Below are positions 16,430 through 25,590 of a stretch of 64,000 nt of DNA, piece by piece. Location of the stretch: the NCBI GenBank assembly GCA_965223415.1, contig OZ245002.1:2144001-2208000 (forward strand), given 5' to 3'. The position numbers and the translations under genes were made by a program. The notes below the pieces were generated by a model that was given only the letters and a program-made list of their open reading frames with translations, searched no databases and was not told the origin of the DNA. The first letter of the stretch is position 1. The number at the start of each line of letters is the position of its first letter. This DNA comes from Myxococcota bacterium. GTDB taxonomy: Bacteria > Myxococcota_A > UBA9160 > UBA6930.

Positions 16430-17811
16430 ACGTACAGGCCGTTCCCAACGAGCTGGCCGAGTTGCCTGCCTCCGGCACGCACGGCGCCGAAGGCGAAGCG
16501 CCCGAAGGCGCCGAGTTCGACGCCATACTCTCGCACGCTCAGAGCCAGGGCGATGCCGAGGCGGAAGAGCAGGGCGGCGAGGCCGAGGAGGAGGCGCTCG
16601 CGGCCGCTGCGGCCGAGACCGCCCGTCCCGCCATGGCGCCGAACGGCCGCGCGCTGCCCCTGATCGAGAGCCTCGTCCTCGGCCTGCGGCAGACGCTGCG
16701 CGAAGCCGCGCGCGAGGTGAACACGGGTGCTAGGACGCCCGCGGCTGCCCAGGCTCCGATGGGCGAGCTTCCGCACGCGGCACCCGCCGCGCAGGGCCAG
16801 GCCCTCCCGCTCATCGAGAGCCTTGCGCTGGGCTTGCGCGCTTCCCTCGACGAAGGCGTTCGCAGCGGCCTCCAGGGCGTCGCTTCGCAAGCGCCGAGCA
16901 CTTCGGAGCCCCTCCCCACGCCGAACGCCGGTTCCGCGATTCCGGCGCCGGTCGCCCTCGGCGACGCCGTTCGCAGCGAGGCGCCGGCCTCCGACGCTGC
17001 GCCTCCGCCGCTGCCGACGCCCGCCGTGCCGGAGCGCGGACCGCAGACGACCCTTCCCGGCGAGGTGGCGGCCGCACAGCTCGGCGCGAGTGGCGGTGGC
17101 GACCGCGGCGCGTCCGATGCCGACACGCCGGACGCCTCCCTCGGCCAGCCCACGGGCCTCCCGCGGAGCGACGCCTCCGCCCCCGGGACGACGAGCGGGG
17201 ACTTTGCTGCCACGCTGGAGAGCACCCGGGAGGCGGGACCCGCCCCGGCGCTCGCCCCCGCGGCACCCACGCCTTCGCCCACCGCGGTGGAGGCCGCGCT
17301 GGCCCAGGTGGCTCCGCCCGGTCCGGCGAGCAGCGCGCCGGTGCACGCGGCCGGCGCCCCGGAAGAGGTGCTTCCGGTGCACGTGGAGTGGCTGGCGGCG
17401 CGCCAGGGTGGCAACGCCCGCATCTCGCTGCATCCGCCCGAGCTCGGTGAGCTCGAGCTGGCGGTGCGCGTGCGGGGCAGTGCCGTCGACATCACGATTC
17501 GTGCGCAGGATCCTGCGGCCCAGCTCGCCGCGGCCCAGAGCCGGGAGCTTCTGGAGGGAGCGCTGGCCGGCCGCGAGCTGCGCATCGATCAGTTCGAGGT
17601 GCGCGGTCTCCAGTCCGAGCTGGGCCGCGAGGACCATCCGGCCCAGACCGGGAGCCAGGCCCAGCAGGACGCCTCGGCGCGCCGGGGAGACCGGGAGCGC
17701 GAGGGCGGAGGCGAGCCGGCCACGCCGTTCGCCGCCTCCTCCGGCCGGGAAGCCGCGGACGGTCCGTCGTCCGAAGCGCCCCCCCACGCCGAAGTCGATC
17801 TGCGGATCTAG
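16426..17811 (+). CDS. fliK: Flagellar hook-length control protein FliK
   Basis: Pro/Ala-rich body, C-terminal ARISLHPPELGELELAV; upstream of flgD. Confidence 0.88.
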   Translation: MNVQAVPNELAELPASGTHGAEGEAPEGAEFDAILSHAQSQGDAEAEEQGGEAEEEALAAAAAETARPAMAPNGRALPLIESLVLGLRQTLREAAREVNTGARTPAAAQAPMGELPHAAPAAQGQALPLIESLALGLRASLDEGVRSGLQGVASQAPSTSEPLPTPNAGSAIPAPVALGDAVRSEAPASDAAPPPLPTPAVPERGPQTTLPGEVAAAQLGASGGGDRGASDADTPDASLGQPTGLPRSDASAPGTTSGDFAATLESTREAGPAPALAPAAPTPSPTAVEAALAQVAPPGPASSAPVHAAGAPEEVLPVHVEWLAARQGGNARISLHPPELGELELAVRVRGSAVDITIRAQDPAAQLAAAQSRELLEGALAGRELRIDQFEVRGLQSELGREDHPAQTGSQAQQDASARRGDREREGGGEPATPFAASSGREAADGPSSEAPPHAEVDLRI

Positions 17812-17823
17812 GGAAGGAACACG

Positions 17824-18465
17824 ATGATCTCCACCGACGTCATCGGCCGGAACTCCTCGGCCGACATCACCGGGAGCGCCGAGCGCCCGGAGCTGGGTCA
17901 GGAGGACTTCCTGGCCATGCTCATCGCGCAGCTCGAGAACCAGGATCCCCTCGAGCCCCAGGACGGGACCGAGTTCACCGCCCAGCTGGCCCAGTTCTCG
18001 AGCCTCGAGCAGCTGCTCGGGATGCGCGAGGCGATCGACGAGCTCGCCTCGGTGCAGGTCCAGGCCCAGACCCTGGGAGCCGTCGGGCTGATCGGCAAGA
18101 ACGTGCTCGTGCAGGGCAGCCAGTTCGAGATCGATCCGAGCGCGAGCGAGCTTCCGAAGCTGGCCTTCGCGCTGGCCGAGCCCGCCGAGGTGCGGAGCGT
18201 GGAGCTCTTCGACGAGAAGGGCCGGCTCGCGGCGCGCATCGACGACCTCGGCCTCCAGCCCGCCGGCACGACCCAGCTCGACTGGGCCGACTTCAGTCGC
18301 CAGCCCGGGCCCGGCCTGTACACGATCCGCATCAACCAGCTCGAGGGCGCCCTGGCGCGGCCGCTGGTCGAGAGCCGGGTGACCGGGACCGCGATCCAGG
18401 ACGGTGTGCTCTACCTCGGACGTGCCGAGGCGAACCTGTCCGACGTCCGGGAGGTGCGGGAGTGA
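17824..18465 (+). CDS. flgD: Flagellar hook capping protein FlgD
   Basis: LGQEDFLAMLIAQLENQDPLEP..FTAQLAQFSSLEQL. Confidence 0.95.
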   Translation: MISTDVIGRNSSADITGSAERPELGQEDFLAMLIAQLENQDPLEPQDGTEFTAQLAQFSSLEQLLGMREAIDELASVQVQAQTLGAVGLIGKNVLVQGSQFEIDPSASELPKLAFALAEPAEVRSVELFDEKGRLAARIDDLGLQPAGTTQLDWADFSRQPGPGLYTIRINQLEGALARPLVESRVTGTAIQDGVLYLGRAEANLSDVREVRE

Positions 18466-18644
18466 AGCGCACCACCACCTTCCTCGGCCGCCTGCGCGTG
18501 CGACTCGCGCGCTGGCTGCGCCGCGGCACGGCTCCCTCCTTCCAATCGATCCTTCGTGAAGCCGTCTCCGCCCAGCGGCGGGCGGCTTCCGCCGTTCACT
18601 CGGACGAGTTCGACGGCGTCCTTCCTACCCCCCACAACAGCTGA
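18462..18644 (+). CDS. 60-aa ORF inside the flagellar operon
   Basis: GTGA overlap with flgD stop, fills the gap to flgE; contains SFQSILREAV. Confidence 0.45.
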   Translation: MKRTTTFLGRLRVRLARWLRRGTAPSFQSILREAVSAQRRAASAVHSDEFDGVLPTPHNS

Positions 18645-18656
18645 GGTTCATCCCAC

Positions 18657-19955
18657 ATGTCGCTCTCCAACGCCCTCTTCTCCAGCGTCACCGGTCTCGA
18701 GACCAGCTCTACGGCGATCTCCGTGATCGGTGAGAACATCGCGAACGTCAACACGCCCGGCTTCAAGCAGAGGCGCGTCGAGTTCGCCGACATCCTGGGC
18801 CAGGCCCTCGGGACCGGCGGGAGCTTCTCGCAGACCGGCTCCGGCGCGCGGGTCGCGCGGATCATCCGCGTCGACAGCCAGGGCTCCTTCGAGTCCAGCG
18901 AGCGAGCCACCGACATGGCGATCGAGGGGCAGGGCTTCTTCCTGCTCGATGATCCGGTCGGCGGTCGCAGGTACACGCGGGCCGGCCTGTTCGGTTTCGA
19001 CAACCAGGGCTACCTGGTGGACAAGGAGGAGTTCCGGGTCCAGGGCTTCACGATCGATCCCCTGACCGGCGCCTCGACCGGGCAGCTCGCGGACATCCGG
19101 CTGATCCCCGGCATCGCGGCGCCCCAGGTATCGGCACTCGTCGACATTTCGCTCAACCTGGATGCCGGGATCACGACGCCGTCCGCGCCCTTCGCTCCCG
19201 CCAATCCCCAGGGTACCTCCGACTTCCAGCAGACGGTAACGCTCTTCGACTCGCTGGGTGCCGGGCACTCCGCCACGATCTTCTTCAGCAAGACCGCCGC
19301 GGCGAATACCTGGGACTGGACGGCGGCGGTCGATCCCGCCGACACCACCACGCCCCCGGCGGCGCCCGGTGACCCCTACGTAGTGATGGGCGGTGGCCAG
19401 CTCACCTTCGACCCCTCGGGCAACCTGATCGGCCTGACCGGCAACCCGGTGAACTTCGACTTCTCGGGCGGCGCCCTGGCGGGCCAGGCGGTGACCTTCA
19501 ACTTCGGTCCGGTGGCCGGCGTGGGCACCGGGGAGCCGACGACCCAGTTCGCCGAGCAGTCGGCGATCAACTCGGTGAGCCAGGACGGCTTCGCCCCCGG
19601 CGCGCTCCAGGCGATCACCATCGACACGGACGGGGTGATGGTGGGCAGCTTCTCGAACGGCGAGACCCGCAATCTCGCCCAGCTCGCCCTGGCCCAGTTC
19701 CCGAACGTCGAGGGCATGGCCTCGACCGGCAACAACAACCTGCTCGAGACCCGCGCCTCCGGTCAGCCGCTGATCGGCGAGCCCCGCAGCGGGCAGTTCG
19801 GAGCCATCCGGGCCAACAACTTCGAGCAGTCCAACGTGGACCTGGCCGACCAGTTCGTCCGACTGATCATCAACCAACGGGCCTTCCAGGCGAACACGAG
19901 AACCGTCTCCGTGACCAACGAGCTGCTCGCCAACGTGGTGCAGCTCGGCCAGTAA
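18657..19955 (+). CDS. flgE: Flagellar hook protein FlgE
   Basis: GENIANVNTPGFK, DMAIEGQGFF, YTRAGLF, EQSNVDLADQFVRLIINQRAFQAN. Confidence 0.96.
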   Translation: MSLSNALFSSVTGLETSSTAISVIGENIANVNTPGFKQRRVEFADILGQALGTGGSFSQTGSGARVARIIRVDSQGSFESSERATDMAIEGQGFFLLDDPVGGRRYTRAGLFGFDNQGYLVDKEEFRVQGFTIDPLTGASTGQLADIRLIPGIAAPQVSALVDISLNLDAGITTPSAPFAPANPQGTSDFQQTVTLFDSLGAGHSATIFFSKTAAANTWDWTAAVDPADTTTPPAAPGDPYVVMGGGQLTFDPSGNLIGLTGNPVNFDFSGGALAGQAVTFNFGPVAGVGTGEPTTQFAEQSAINSVSQDGFAPGALQAITIDTDGVMVGSFSNGETRNLAQLALAQFPNVEGMASTGNNNLLETRASGQPLIGEPRSGQFGAIRANNFEQSNVDLADQFVRLIINQRAFQANTRTVSVTNELLANVVQLGQ

Positions 19956-20022
19956 GTCACTGACCGCACGGGGATTCTGGCGGGTTCGGGAGGGATTTCG
20001 ATCTGAACGTAGCCATTCGGCC

Positions 20023-20050
20023 TCAAGTGGAATCGGGGGGAGGCCGAAAG
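20023..20050 (+). promoter_or_regulatory. Candidate sigma28 (FliA) promoter
   Basis: TCAA-N16-GCCGAAAG upstream of ORF 20109. Confidence 0.45.
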
Positions 20051-20108
20051 GGGATCAAGTCCCCACGGCCGGGGACACCCCCCGGACACTGGGGACGGAG
20101 CCGCACGG

Positions 20109-20747
20109 ATGCCGGATCTCCCCCCCGCCAGCCTTGCACGACCCGAACCCGTCGACGCCGCGACGCGCGTCGCCGGGGAAGCTGCGCCCCGCAGCGAGGT
20201 GCGCCCGCGCCACCCGTCGGCGGAGCGCGGCGCTCGCGTCGAGATCTCGATGGCCGCCCGCGAGTCCCTCGCGCGCTCGGAGGTGGCGACGCGCACCCTG
20301 GACCGGGTGGCCGAAGAGCTCGCCCTCGACGAGGAGCAGCTCGACGCCGCCGGACGTGAGTCCTTCCAGGAGTCGAGCTGGACCCCGCAGGACCTCTCGA
20401 CCGCCGCCACCGCGGACCGCATCTTCACGGGAATCATCAGCTACGTCTACGATGCCTTCCAGCTCGAGCGCCCGAACCCGAGCCGCGAGCAGATCGAGGA
20501 GTTCGTGGGCGCAGCCCACCGCGGCCTCGACCGCGGCCTACGCGACGCCGCGAGCCTGCTGCTCGCCTTCGGCGCCCGCCGGGACGCGGTCGCTGCCGAA
20601 CGCGCCGAGACCTTCGAGGCGGTGCGCGACGCCGTCGTGCGCTTCGCCGAGGAGCAGACCCGGCCCGATCGGCCCGCGCCTTCCGAGCCGCGGGAGCGGG
20701 AGATGCCCGATCTCTTCGGGAGTGGGAGCGGAGGCGACCCGGAGTAG
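20109..20747 (+). CDS. Hypothetical protein, DUF5610-like
   Basis: ATADRIF..YDAFQ..RGLDRGLRDAASLL pattern recalled for DUF5610. Confidence 0.55.
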   Translation: MPDLPPASLARPEPVDAATRVAGEAAPRSEVRPRHPSAERGARVEISMAARESLARSEVATRTLDRVAEELALDEEQLDAAGRESFQESSWTPQDLSTAATADRIFTGIISYVYDAFQLERPNPSREQIEEFVGAAHRGLDRGLRDAASLLLAFGARRDAVAAERAETFEAVRDAVVRFAEEQTRPDRPAPSEPREREMPDLFGSGSGGDPE

Positions 20748-20756
20748 GCTCCGAGC

Positions 20757-21341
20757 GTGAACACGCTGGGGCACGTCGTCTTCAACCTGCTCGCCGTTGG
20801 CCGCGGCCGGGGCCAGCCCTGGGCGCCCATCCTGGCCGGGGCGCTGCTCCCGGACCTCCCCATGCTCGTCATGTATGCCGTCGAGCGCGGGCTCCTCGGC
20901 ACCTCGGAGCTGCTGATCTGGCGGGAGCGCTACTTCGCGCCCGGCTGGCAGCTCTTCGTCGACGCCTTCAACTCGTTGCCGCTGATCGCCGCCGGCTGGT
21001 TCCTGGCGCGACGGCGTGGCTCGCCCTTCCTGCGGGTGATGTTCCTCAGCATGGGTGTGCACGCGGGTGTCGACCTGCTCGTCCACCACGACGACGCCCA
21101 CCGCCACTTCCTCCCGTTCAGCGACTGGCGTTTCGTGAGCCCGGTCTCCTACTGGGACCCCCGGCACTTCGGGCAGCTCTTCCTGGCTGCGGAGATGACG
21201 ATGGTGGTCGTCGGGAGCGGCTACCTGGCCGTACGTGGGCGGGAGAAGGCGGTGCGCCGGCTCGGCGCGGCCACCCTGGTGACGACGGCCCATTTCGTCG
21301 GCTTCGCGCTCTGGAGCTGGTCGGATCTCCCGGCGCCCTAG
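20757..21341 (+). CDS. Membrane-bound metal-dependent hydrolase-like protein
   Basis: MNTLGH, GALLPDLP, HAGVDLLVHHDDAHRHFLP, several TM helices. Confidence 0.7.
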   Translation: MNTLGHVVFNLLAVGRGRGQPWAPILAGALLPDLPMLVMYAVERGLLGTSELLIWRERYFAPGWQLFVDAFNSLPLIAAGWFLARRRGSPFLRVMFLSMGVHAGVDLLVHHDDAHRHFLPFSDWRFVSPVSYWDPRHFGQLFLAAEMTMVVVGSGYLAVRGREKAVRRLGAATLVTTAHFVGFALWSWSDLPAP

Positions 21342-21344
21342 CCT

Positions 21345-22100
21345 TCACGTGCGGCATCGCCGGTGCATCTCTTCCGCGGCGTGCTCGCGGATCTCACAGT
21401 CGAGGGTCGGGTCCTCGGCGATCTCCCCGAGCTCGGGCGTGGGGAGCGCACCGATCAGCTGGAGTGCGAGCTCGGACGGGCAGTAGGGGTTTCGGGCGAG
21501 GGCGGTGCGCACCCGCGGCCGCACGCCGAAGCGCGGGCTCTTGGCGATGGCGCGGAGCACCGAGCCCGCGATCGGGCGCCGTGCCGCGATGCCGATCACG
21601 TGCGGCTCGGTGATGCGGGCGTTGCGCAGCAGATGACCCAGGACCACCGGGTCCGGGTCGAGCAGGAGCTTCTCGAGGAGCCGCAGATCGACGCCCCGAG
21701 CCAGGGAGCGGCGCACGCCCAGGGGGAGCTCCGCCACGTCCCGGGGAAGCGCGGCGTCCGGAACGTCCATCACCTGGGCCGCTCCCGAGGCCCGGAGGAG
21801 CCGCGCGACGAAGGCGTCACCCTCCTGCTCGGCCCAACGCAGCCAGCTCTCCCGCAGGGCCGGCGGGACCTCGCGCACGGCGCCTCCCCCGCGCAGGACG
21901 TCCTGGAGCACTTCGCGGAGCATCCGCAGGTGGGGCGTCGGAGCGCCCGGCCGCGCGAGGACCGCGGACAGCAGGGCGTAGCCCTCTTCCGGATCGAGGC
22001 ATTCGAGGGCGCAGAGCAGCCGCTCCCTGCGCATGGCCGGCTCGACCAGCCCGCGCAGTCGGCGCTCCCACGAAAGCAGCTCCTCGTCCTCGAGAGCCAT
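21345..22100 (-). CDS. Hypothetical helical-repeat (LRV/HEAT-like) protein
   Basis: LPLGVRRSLAR, LLLDPDPVVL..LLRNARIT, VRTALARNPYCP; GAGGAGG RBS. Confidence 0.65.
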   Translation of the reverse strand: MALEDEELLSWERRLRGLVEPAMRRERLLCALECLDPEEGYALLSAVLARPGAPTPHLRMLREVLQDVLRGGGAVREVPPALRESWLRWAEQEGDAFVARLLRASGAAQVMDVPDAALPRDVAELPLGVRRSLARGVDLRLLEKLLLDPDPVVLGHLLRNARITEPHVIGIAARRPIAGSVLRAIAKSPRFGVRPRVRTALARNPYCPSELALQLIGALPTPELGEIAEDPTLDCEIREHAAEEMHRRCRT

Positions 22101-22150
22101 GGCCTCCTCTTCGGTCGGACGGCGGCCCGACGTGTGGCTACCCTCGGCCC

Positions 22151-22876
22151 GTGCCGGCAGCCGTTCCCTTCGCAGAGATCGACACGGTCTTCCTCGACGC
22201 GGGGAACACGCTCGTCTCGATCGACTTCGACCGCGTCTCCTCCGAGCTCACCCGGCGCGGCGTTTCCTGCGAGTCCCACGGCCTGCGACGGGCCGAGGCG
22301 GCGGCGCGTCCGCGGGTGTCGGCGCGCGCCCACGAGCAGCAGGGCACCGAGGGCGACGACGCCTTCACGGCCTACCTCGCCTTCGTCTTCGAAGGACTGC
22401 TCGGGGAGGGCGACCGCGCCGAGGCGATCGCGCGGGAGATCGGCCCCGTTCTGCGGGAGCCGGGCGCGTCGGACCGGCTCTGGTGCTGGGTGCTGCCGGG
22501 CACCCGGGATGCGCTCCTGCGCCTGCGGGCCCAGGGCCTCCGCCTCGTGGTCGTGAGCAACGCGGACGGGAGCGCCGAGCGGGGCCTCGAGGCGCGCGGT
22601 CTCCGCCCGCTCCTCGACCACGTGATCGATTCGCACGAGGTGGGCTTCGAGAAGCCGGACCCGCGCATCTTCGACGCCGCCCTCGCCCGCGCCGGCGCCC
22701 GGCCCGAGCGCACACTCCACGTAGGCGATCTCTACCACGCGGACGTGCTCGGTGCGCGAGCCCGCGGCATCCACGCCACCCTGCTCGACCCCTTCGACGA
22801 CTGGGGCGAGCTCGATTGCCTCCGGGTGGCCGATCTGCTGGAGCTCGCCGCGCACTTCGAGGAGGCGAGGCGATGA
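22151..22876 (+). CDS. HAD-superfamily hydrolase
   Basis: FLDAGNTL, VVSN, EKPDPRIF, HVGDLYHADVLGA. Confidence 0.92.
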   Translation: MPAAVPFAEIDTVFLDAGNTLVSIDFDRVSSELTRRGVSCESHGLRRAEAAARPRVSARAHEQQGTEGDDAFTAYLAFVFEGLLGEGDRAEAIAREIGPVLREPGASDRLWCWVLPGTRDALLRLRAQGLRLVVVSNADGSAERGLEARGLRPLLDHVIDSHEVGFEKPDPRIFDAALARAGARPERTLHVGDLYHADVLGARARGIHATLLDPFDDWGELDCLRVADLLELAAHFEEARR

Positions 22877-23307
22877 CCGCCGATCTCGTCGCGGTGATCG
22901 CGACGACCTTCGCCTTGGTGCTGCTGTCGATCGGCATGCACTTCGAGACCCTGCGCATGCTCTCGGCCTGGCTCCCCCGGAGCGGAGTGCCTCGGCGAAT
23001 GCGCGTGGCCTTCCTCATCGGCGTGGCGGTGTGCGCGCACCTGGGCGAGGCGATCGTCTTCGCCTTCGGAATCGGACTCATGATCGAGGCCGGCTACGGG
23101 ACGGTGGCCGGGGACGTGTCCGGCGCCGCCGACATCATCTACTTCTCGATCACCTCCTACACGTCGCTCGGCTACGGCGACATCGCGCCGCAAGGACCGC
23201 TGCGCATCCTCTGCGTCGTCGAGGCCCTGACGGGCCTGGTGCTGATCGCCTGGACCGCGTCGTTCACCTACGTCGAGATGCAGAAGTACTGGCACGTGGA
23301 GGACTGA
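22873..23307 (+). CDS. Potassium-channel family (Ion_trans_2) protein
   Basis: YFSITSYTSLGYGDIAP selectivity-filter motif with flanking TMs. Confidence 0.88.
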   Translation: MTADLVAVIATTFALVLLSIGMHFETLRMLSAWLPRSGVPRRMRVAFLIGVAVCAHLGEAIVFAFGIGLMIEAGYGTVAGDVSGAADIIYFSITSYTSLGYGDIAPQGPLRILCVVEALTGLVLIAWTASFTYVEMQKYWHVED

Positions 23308-23308
23308 C

Positions 23309-23614
23309 ATGGTCGTCGGCATCTTTCGCAACCGCCTGCGCGAGGACGGAACCGCCGACTACGGGCCGACGGCCGAGCGCATGGTCGAGCTCGTCCAGAA
23401 GGTCCCGGGCTTCCGCGGCATGAAGGCCTTCGCCGCCGAGGACGGCGAGCGGGTCACCCTCTTCGAATTCGAGAGCCTCGAGGCCATCGACGAGTGGAGC
23501 CGGGACCCGGAGCACCAGGAGGCCCAACGGCGCGGTCGCGAGGAGTTCTACGCCGAGTACGAGCTCTGGATCTGCGAGCCCGCCCGCCACTCCGTCTTCC
23601 GGCACGAGAGCTAG
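23309..23614 (+). CDS. Antibiotic biosynthesis monooxygenase (ABM) family protein
   Basis: PGFRG..FESLEAIDEWSRDPEHQEAQRRGREEFY. Confidence 0.88.
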   Translation: MVVGIFRNRLREDGTADYGPTAERMVELVQKVPGFRGMKAFAAEDGERVTLFEFESLEAIDEWSRDPEHQEAQRRGREEFYAEYELWICEPARHSVFRHES

Positions 23615-23662
23615 CCCCCGCCCCCTACCTCTCTTAACGTCCCTCTCTCGAAGGGAGCCCCC

Positions 23663-24535
23663 ATGCGCTTCAGCTACGCCGAGTCCATGTGCGATCCGCG
23701 GCAGCTGGCCACTCTCGCCGTTGAGGCGGAGCAGGCCGGCTTCCACAACTTCACGGTGCCTGAGAGCATCCTCTACCCGAAGGAGTCGGACGCCAAGTAC
23801 CCCTACACCCCGGACGGCAACCGGGAATTCCTGGACGGCAAGCCCTTCATCGAGCCCTTCGTGCTGATGGGCGCCCTCGGGGCGGTGACCGAGCGGATCC
23901 GCTTCACCACCTTCGTGGTCAAGCTGCCCCTGCGCCCGCCCGTGCTGTCGGCGAAGCAGGCGACGTCGGTGGCGTTCCTGACCGACAACCGGCTCGCGCT
24001 GGGAGTGGGTCTCTCGCCCTGGCCCGACGACTTCGAGGCCCTCGGCGTGCCGTGGAAGGGGCGCGGCAAGCGCCTCGACGAGGCCATCGACATCCTGCGC
24101 GGGCTCCAGACCGGCGAGTACTTCGAGTTCCACGGCGCGCACTACGACGTGCCCGCGCTCAAGCTGTGCCCGGCGCCGACGAAGCCGATCCCGATCCTGA
24201 TCGGTGGCCACTCGGAGGCGGCGTTCAAGCGCGCGGCGCTGCGCGGCGACGGGTGGATGCACGGGGGCGGCGGCCAGGCCAGCGATCTGGACGGAGCGAT
24301 CGCCCGCATCGGGGAGCTGCGCGCGGAGTACGGACGGGACAAGGAGCCCTTCGAGATCCACGCCATCTCGATGGATGCCTACACCCTGGACGGCATCAAG
24401 CGGCTCGAGGACCAGGGCGTCACCGATGCGATCGTCGGCTTCCGCAACGCCTACGAAGAGGATCGGACCCCGCTCCAGGAGAAGCTCGACGCGATCAAGA
24501 CCTTCGGAGACAATTTGATCTCGAAGGTCGGTTGA
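23663..24535 (+). CDS. LLM-class (probably F420-dependent, TIGR03619-like) oxidoreductase
   Basis: AEQAGF, EPFVLMGALGAVTERIRF, RGKRLDEAI, PILIGGHSEAAFKRAA..GDGW. Confidence 0.85.
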   Translation: MRFSYAESMCDPRQLATLAVEAEQAGFHNFTVPESILYPKESDAKYPYTPDGNREFLDGKPFIEPFVLMGALGAVTERIRFTTFVVKLPLRPPVLSAKQATSVAFLTDNRLALGVGLSPWPDDFEALGVPWKGRGKRLDEAIDILRGLQTGEYFEFHGAHYDVPALKLCPAPTKPIPILIGGHSEAAFKRAALRGDGWMHGGGGQASDLDGAIARIGELRAEYGRDKEPFEIHAISMDAYTLDGIKRLEDQGVTDAIVGFRNAYEEDRTPLQEKLDAIKTFGDNLISKVG

Positions 24536-24539
24536 GCGC

Positions 24540-25010
24540 TTGAGGGCGCTCTTCACCTACGGGACGCTGATGTTCCCGGAGGTGATCGAGATCGTCGCGG
24601 GACGGGTTCCGCCGTCCGAGTCCGCGCGCCTGGTGGGATTCCGGCGCAGGGTCCTGCGCGGCGTGGTGTACCCGGGCCTGACACCGCGGGCTGGCGAGGT
24701 CACGAGGGGCGTCCTGTTCCGCGGCCTCGACGAGGCCGAGCTCTCCCGGGTCGACGCGTTCGAAGGTGAGCTCTACGAACGGGTCCCCTGCCGAGTGCAC
24801 GTGAGCGAGCACTCCGCTCCGGCCTCGACCTACGTCATCAAGGCGGCCCATCGCGATCGATTGTCACCGTCTGCCTGGGATCCGGAGGCCTTCCGCCGCG
24901 ACGAGCTGCGGCGCTACCTGGCGGGATGCCGGCGGTTCGCAGGGGCGCTCGCGAGCGGCCGGGCCGTCCTCGACACGGGCCGGATCGGCTCACGCGATCC
25001 GGATCGCTAG
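24540..25010 (+). CDS. Gamma-glutamylcyclotransferase (AIG2-like)
   Basis: LFTYGTLM, YPGL, DAFEGELYER. Confidence 0.85.
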   Translation: MRALFTYGTLMFPEVIEIVAGRVPPSESARLVGFRRRVLRGVVYPGLTPRAGEVTRGVLFRGLDEAELSRVDAFEGELYERVPCRVHVSEHSAPASTYVIKAAHRDRLSPSAWDPEAFRRDELRRYLAGCRRFAGALASGRAVLDTGRIGSRDPDR

Positions 25011-25565
25011 GCGAAGGACGAACCCGAGCGCGACCAGCCACACGAGACCCAGGCCGATCCAGTGGAACCGCTCGCTCTTCGACCATGCCAGGGACAGGTA
25101 GATGGCGGTGGCCAAGAGCCGGACCGTCGAAACCGCTACGAAGTTCGGCGGGTCCCGAACGGCGTCCCGCACATCGGTGAACGACATCAGTAGCGCGAAG
25201 ACGGGAAAGAGGGCGAGGACGAGATACGCCGGCCCGCTGTTCTGGAAGTACTGGTCGCGGGGAGCAGGAGCGTCCTTCGACGTGTCGATCTTGAGGATGT
25301 GGGCCGCAAGCGCGATCGACAGGGCCGGCACGGCGATCCCGAGGTACATGAAGAAGTTCCAATCCTCGAGGTCGCGTCCGATCCACAGGATCCAGAGGTA
25401 CTGCAGGCATAACCAGAGAAGGTACGCCGAGGCAGCGAGCTGCAGGGCGTAGGGCCGCATCCGCCTTCGGGCGCGGACCTGGTCGCTCCAGCCCTCGAGG
25501 ATCGCCGAGATCCCGAAGCCAATGACGATCGCGAACGCGATCAGGACGAATTCGAAGGCCGACAT
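24990..25565 (-). CDS. Hypothetical multi-pass membrane protein
   Basis: MSAFEFVLIAFAIVIGFGISAIL..., about six hydrophobic segments; GGAG RBS. Confidence 0.75.
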   Translation of the reverse strand: MSAFEFVLIAFAIVIGFGISAILEGWSDQVRARRRMRPYALQLAASAYLLWLCLQYLWILWIGRDLEDWNFFMYLGIAVPALSIALAAHILKIDTSKDAPAPRDQYFQNSGPAYLVLALFPVFALLMSFTDVRDAVRDPPNFVAVSTVRLLATAIYLSLAWSKSERFHWIGLGLVWLVALGFVLRLAIRIA

Positions 25566-25590
25566 GGAGCTCCGTGCTGGAGCCCGGATG

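Noticed and set aside
19956..20108. Possible riboswitch or ncRNA after flgE (gtcccc/ggggac hairpin)
   Set aside because: Only a 6-bp stem; no c-di-GMP or other riboswitch consensus recognised
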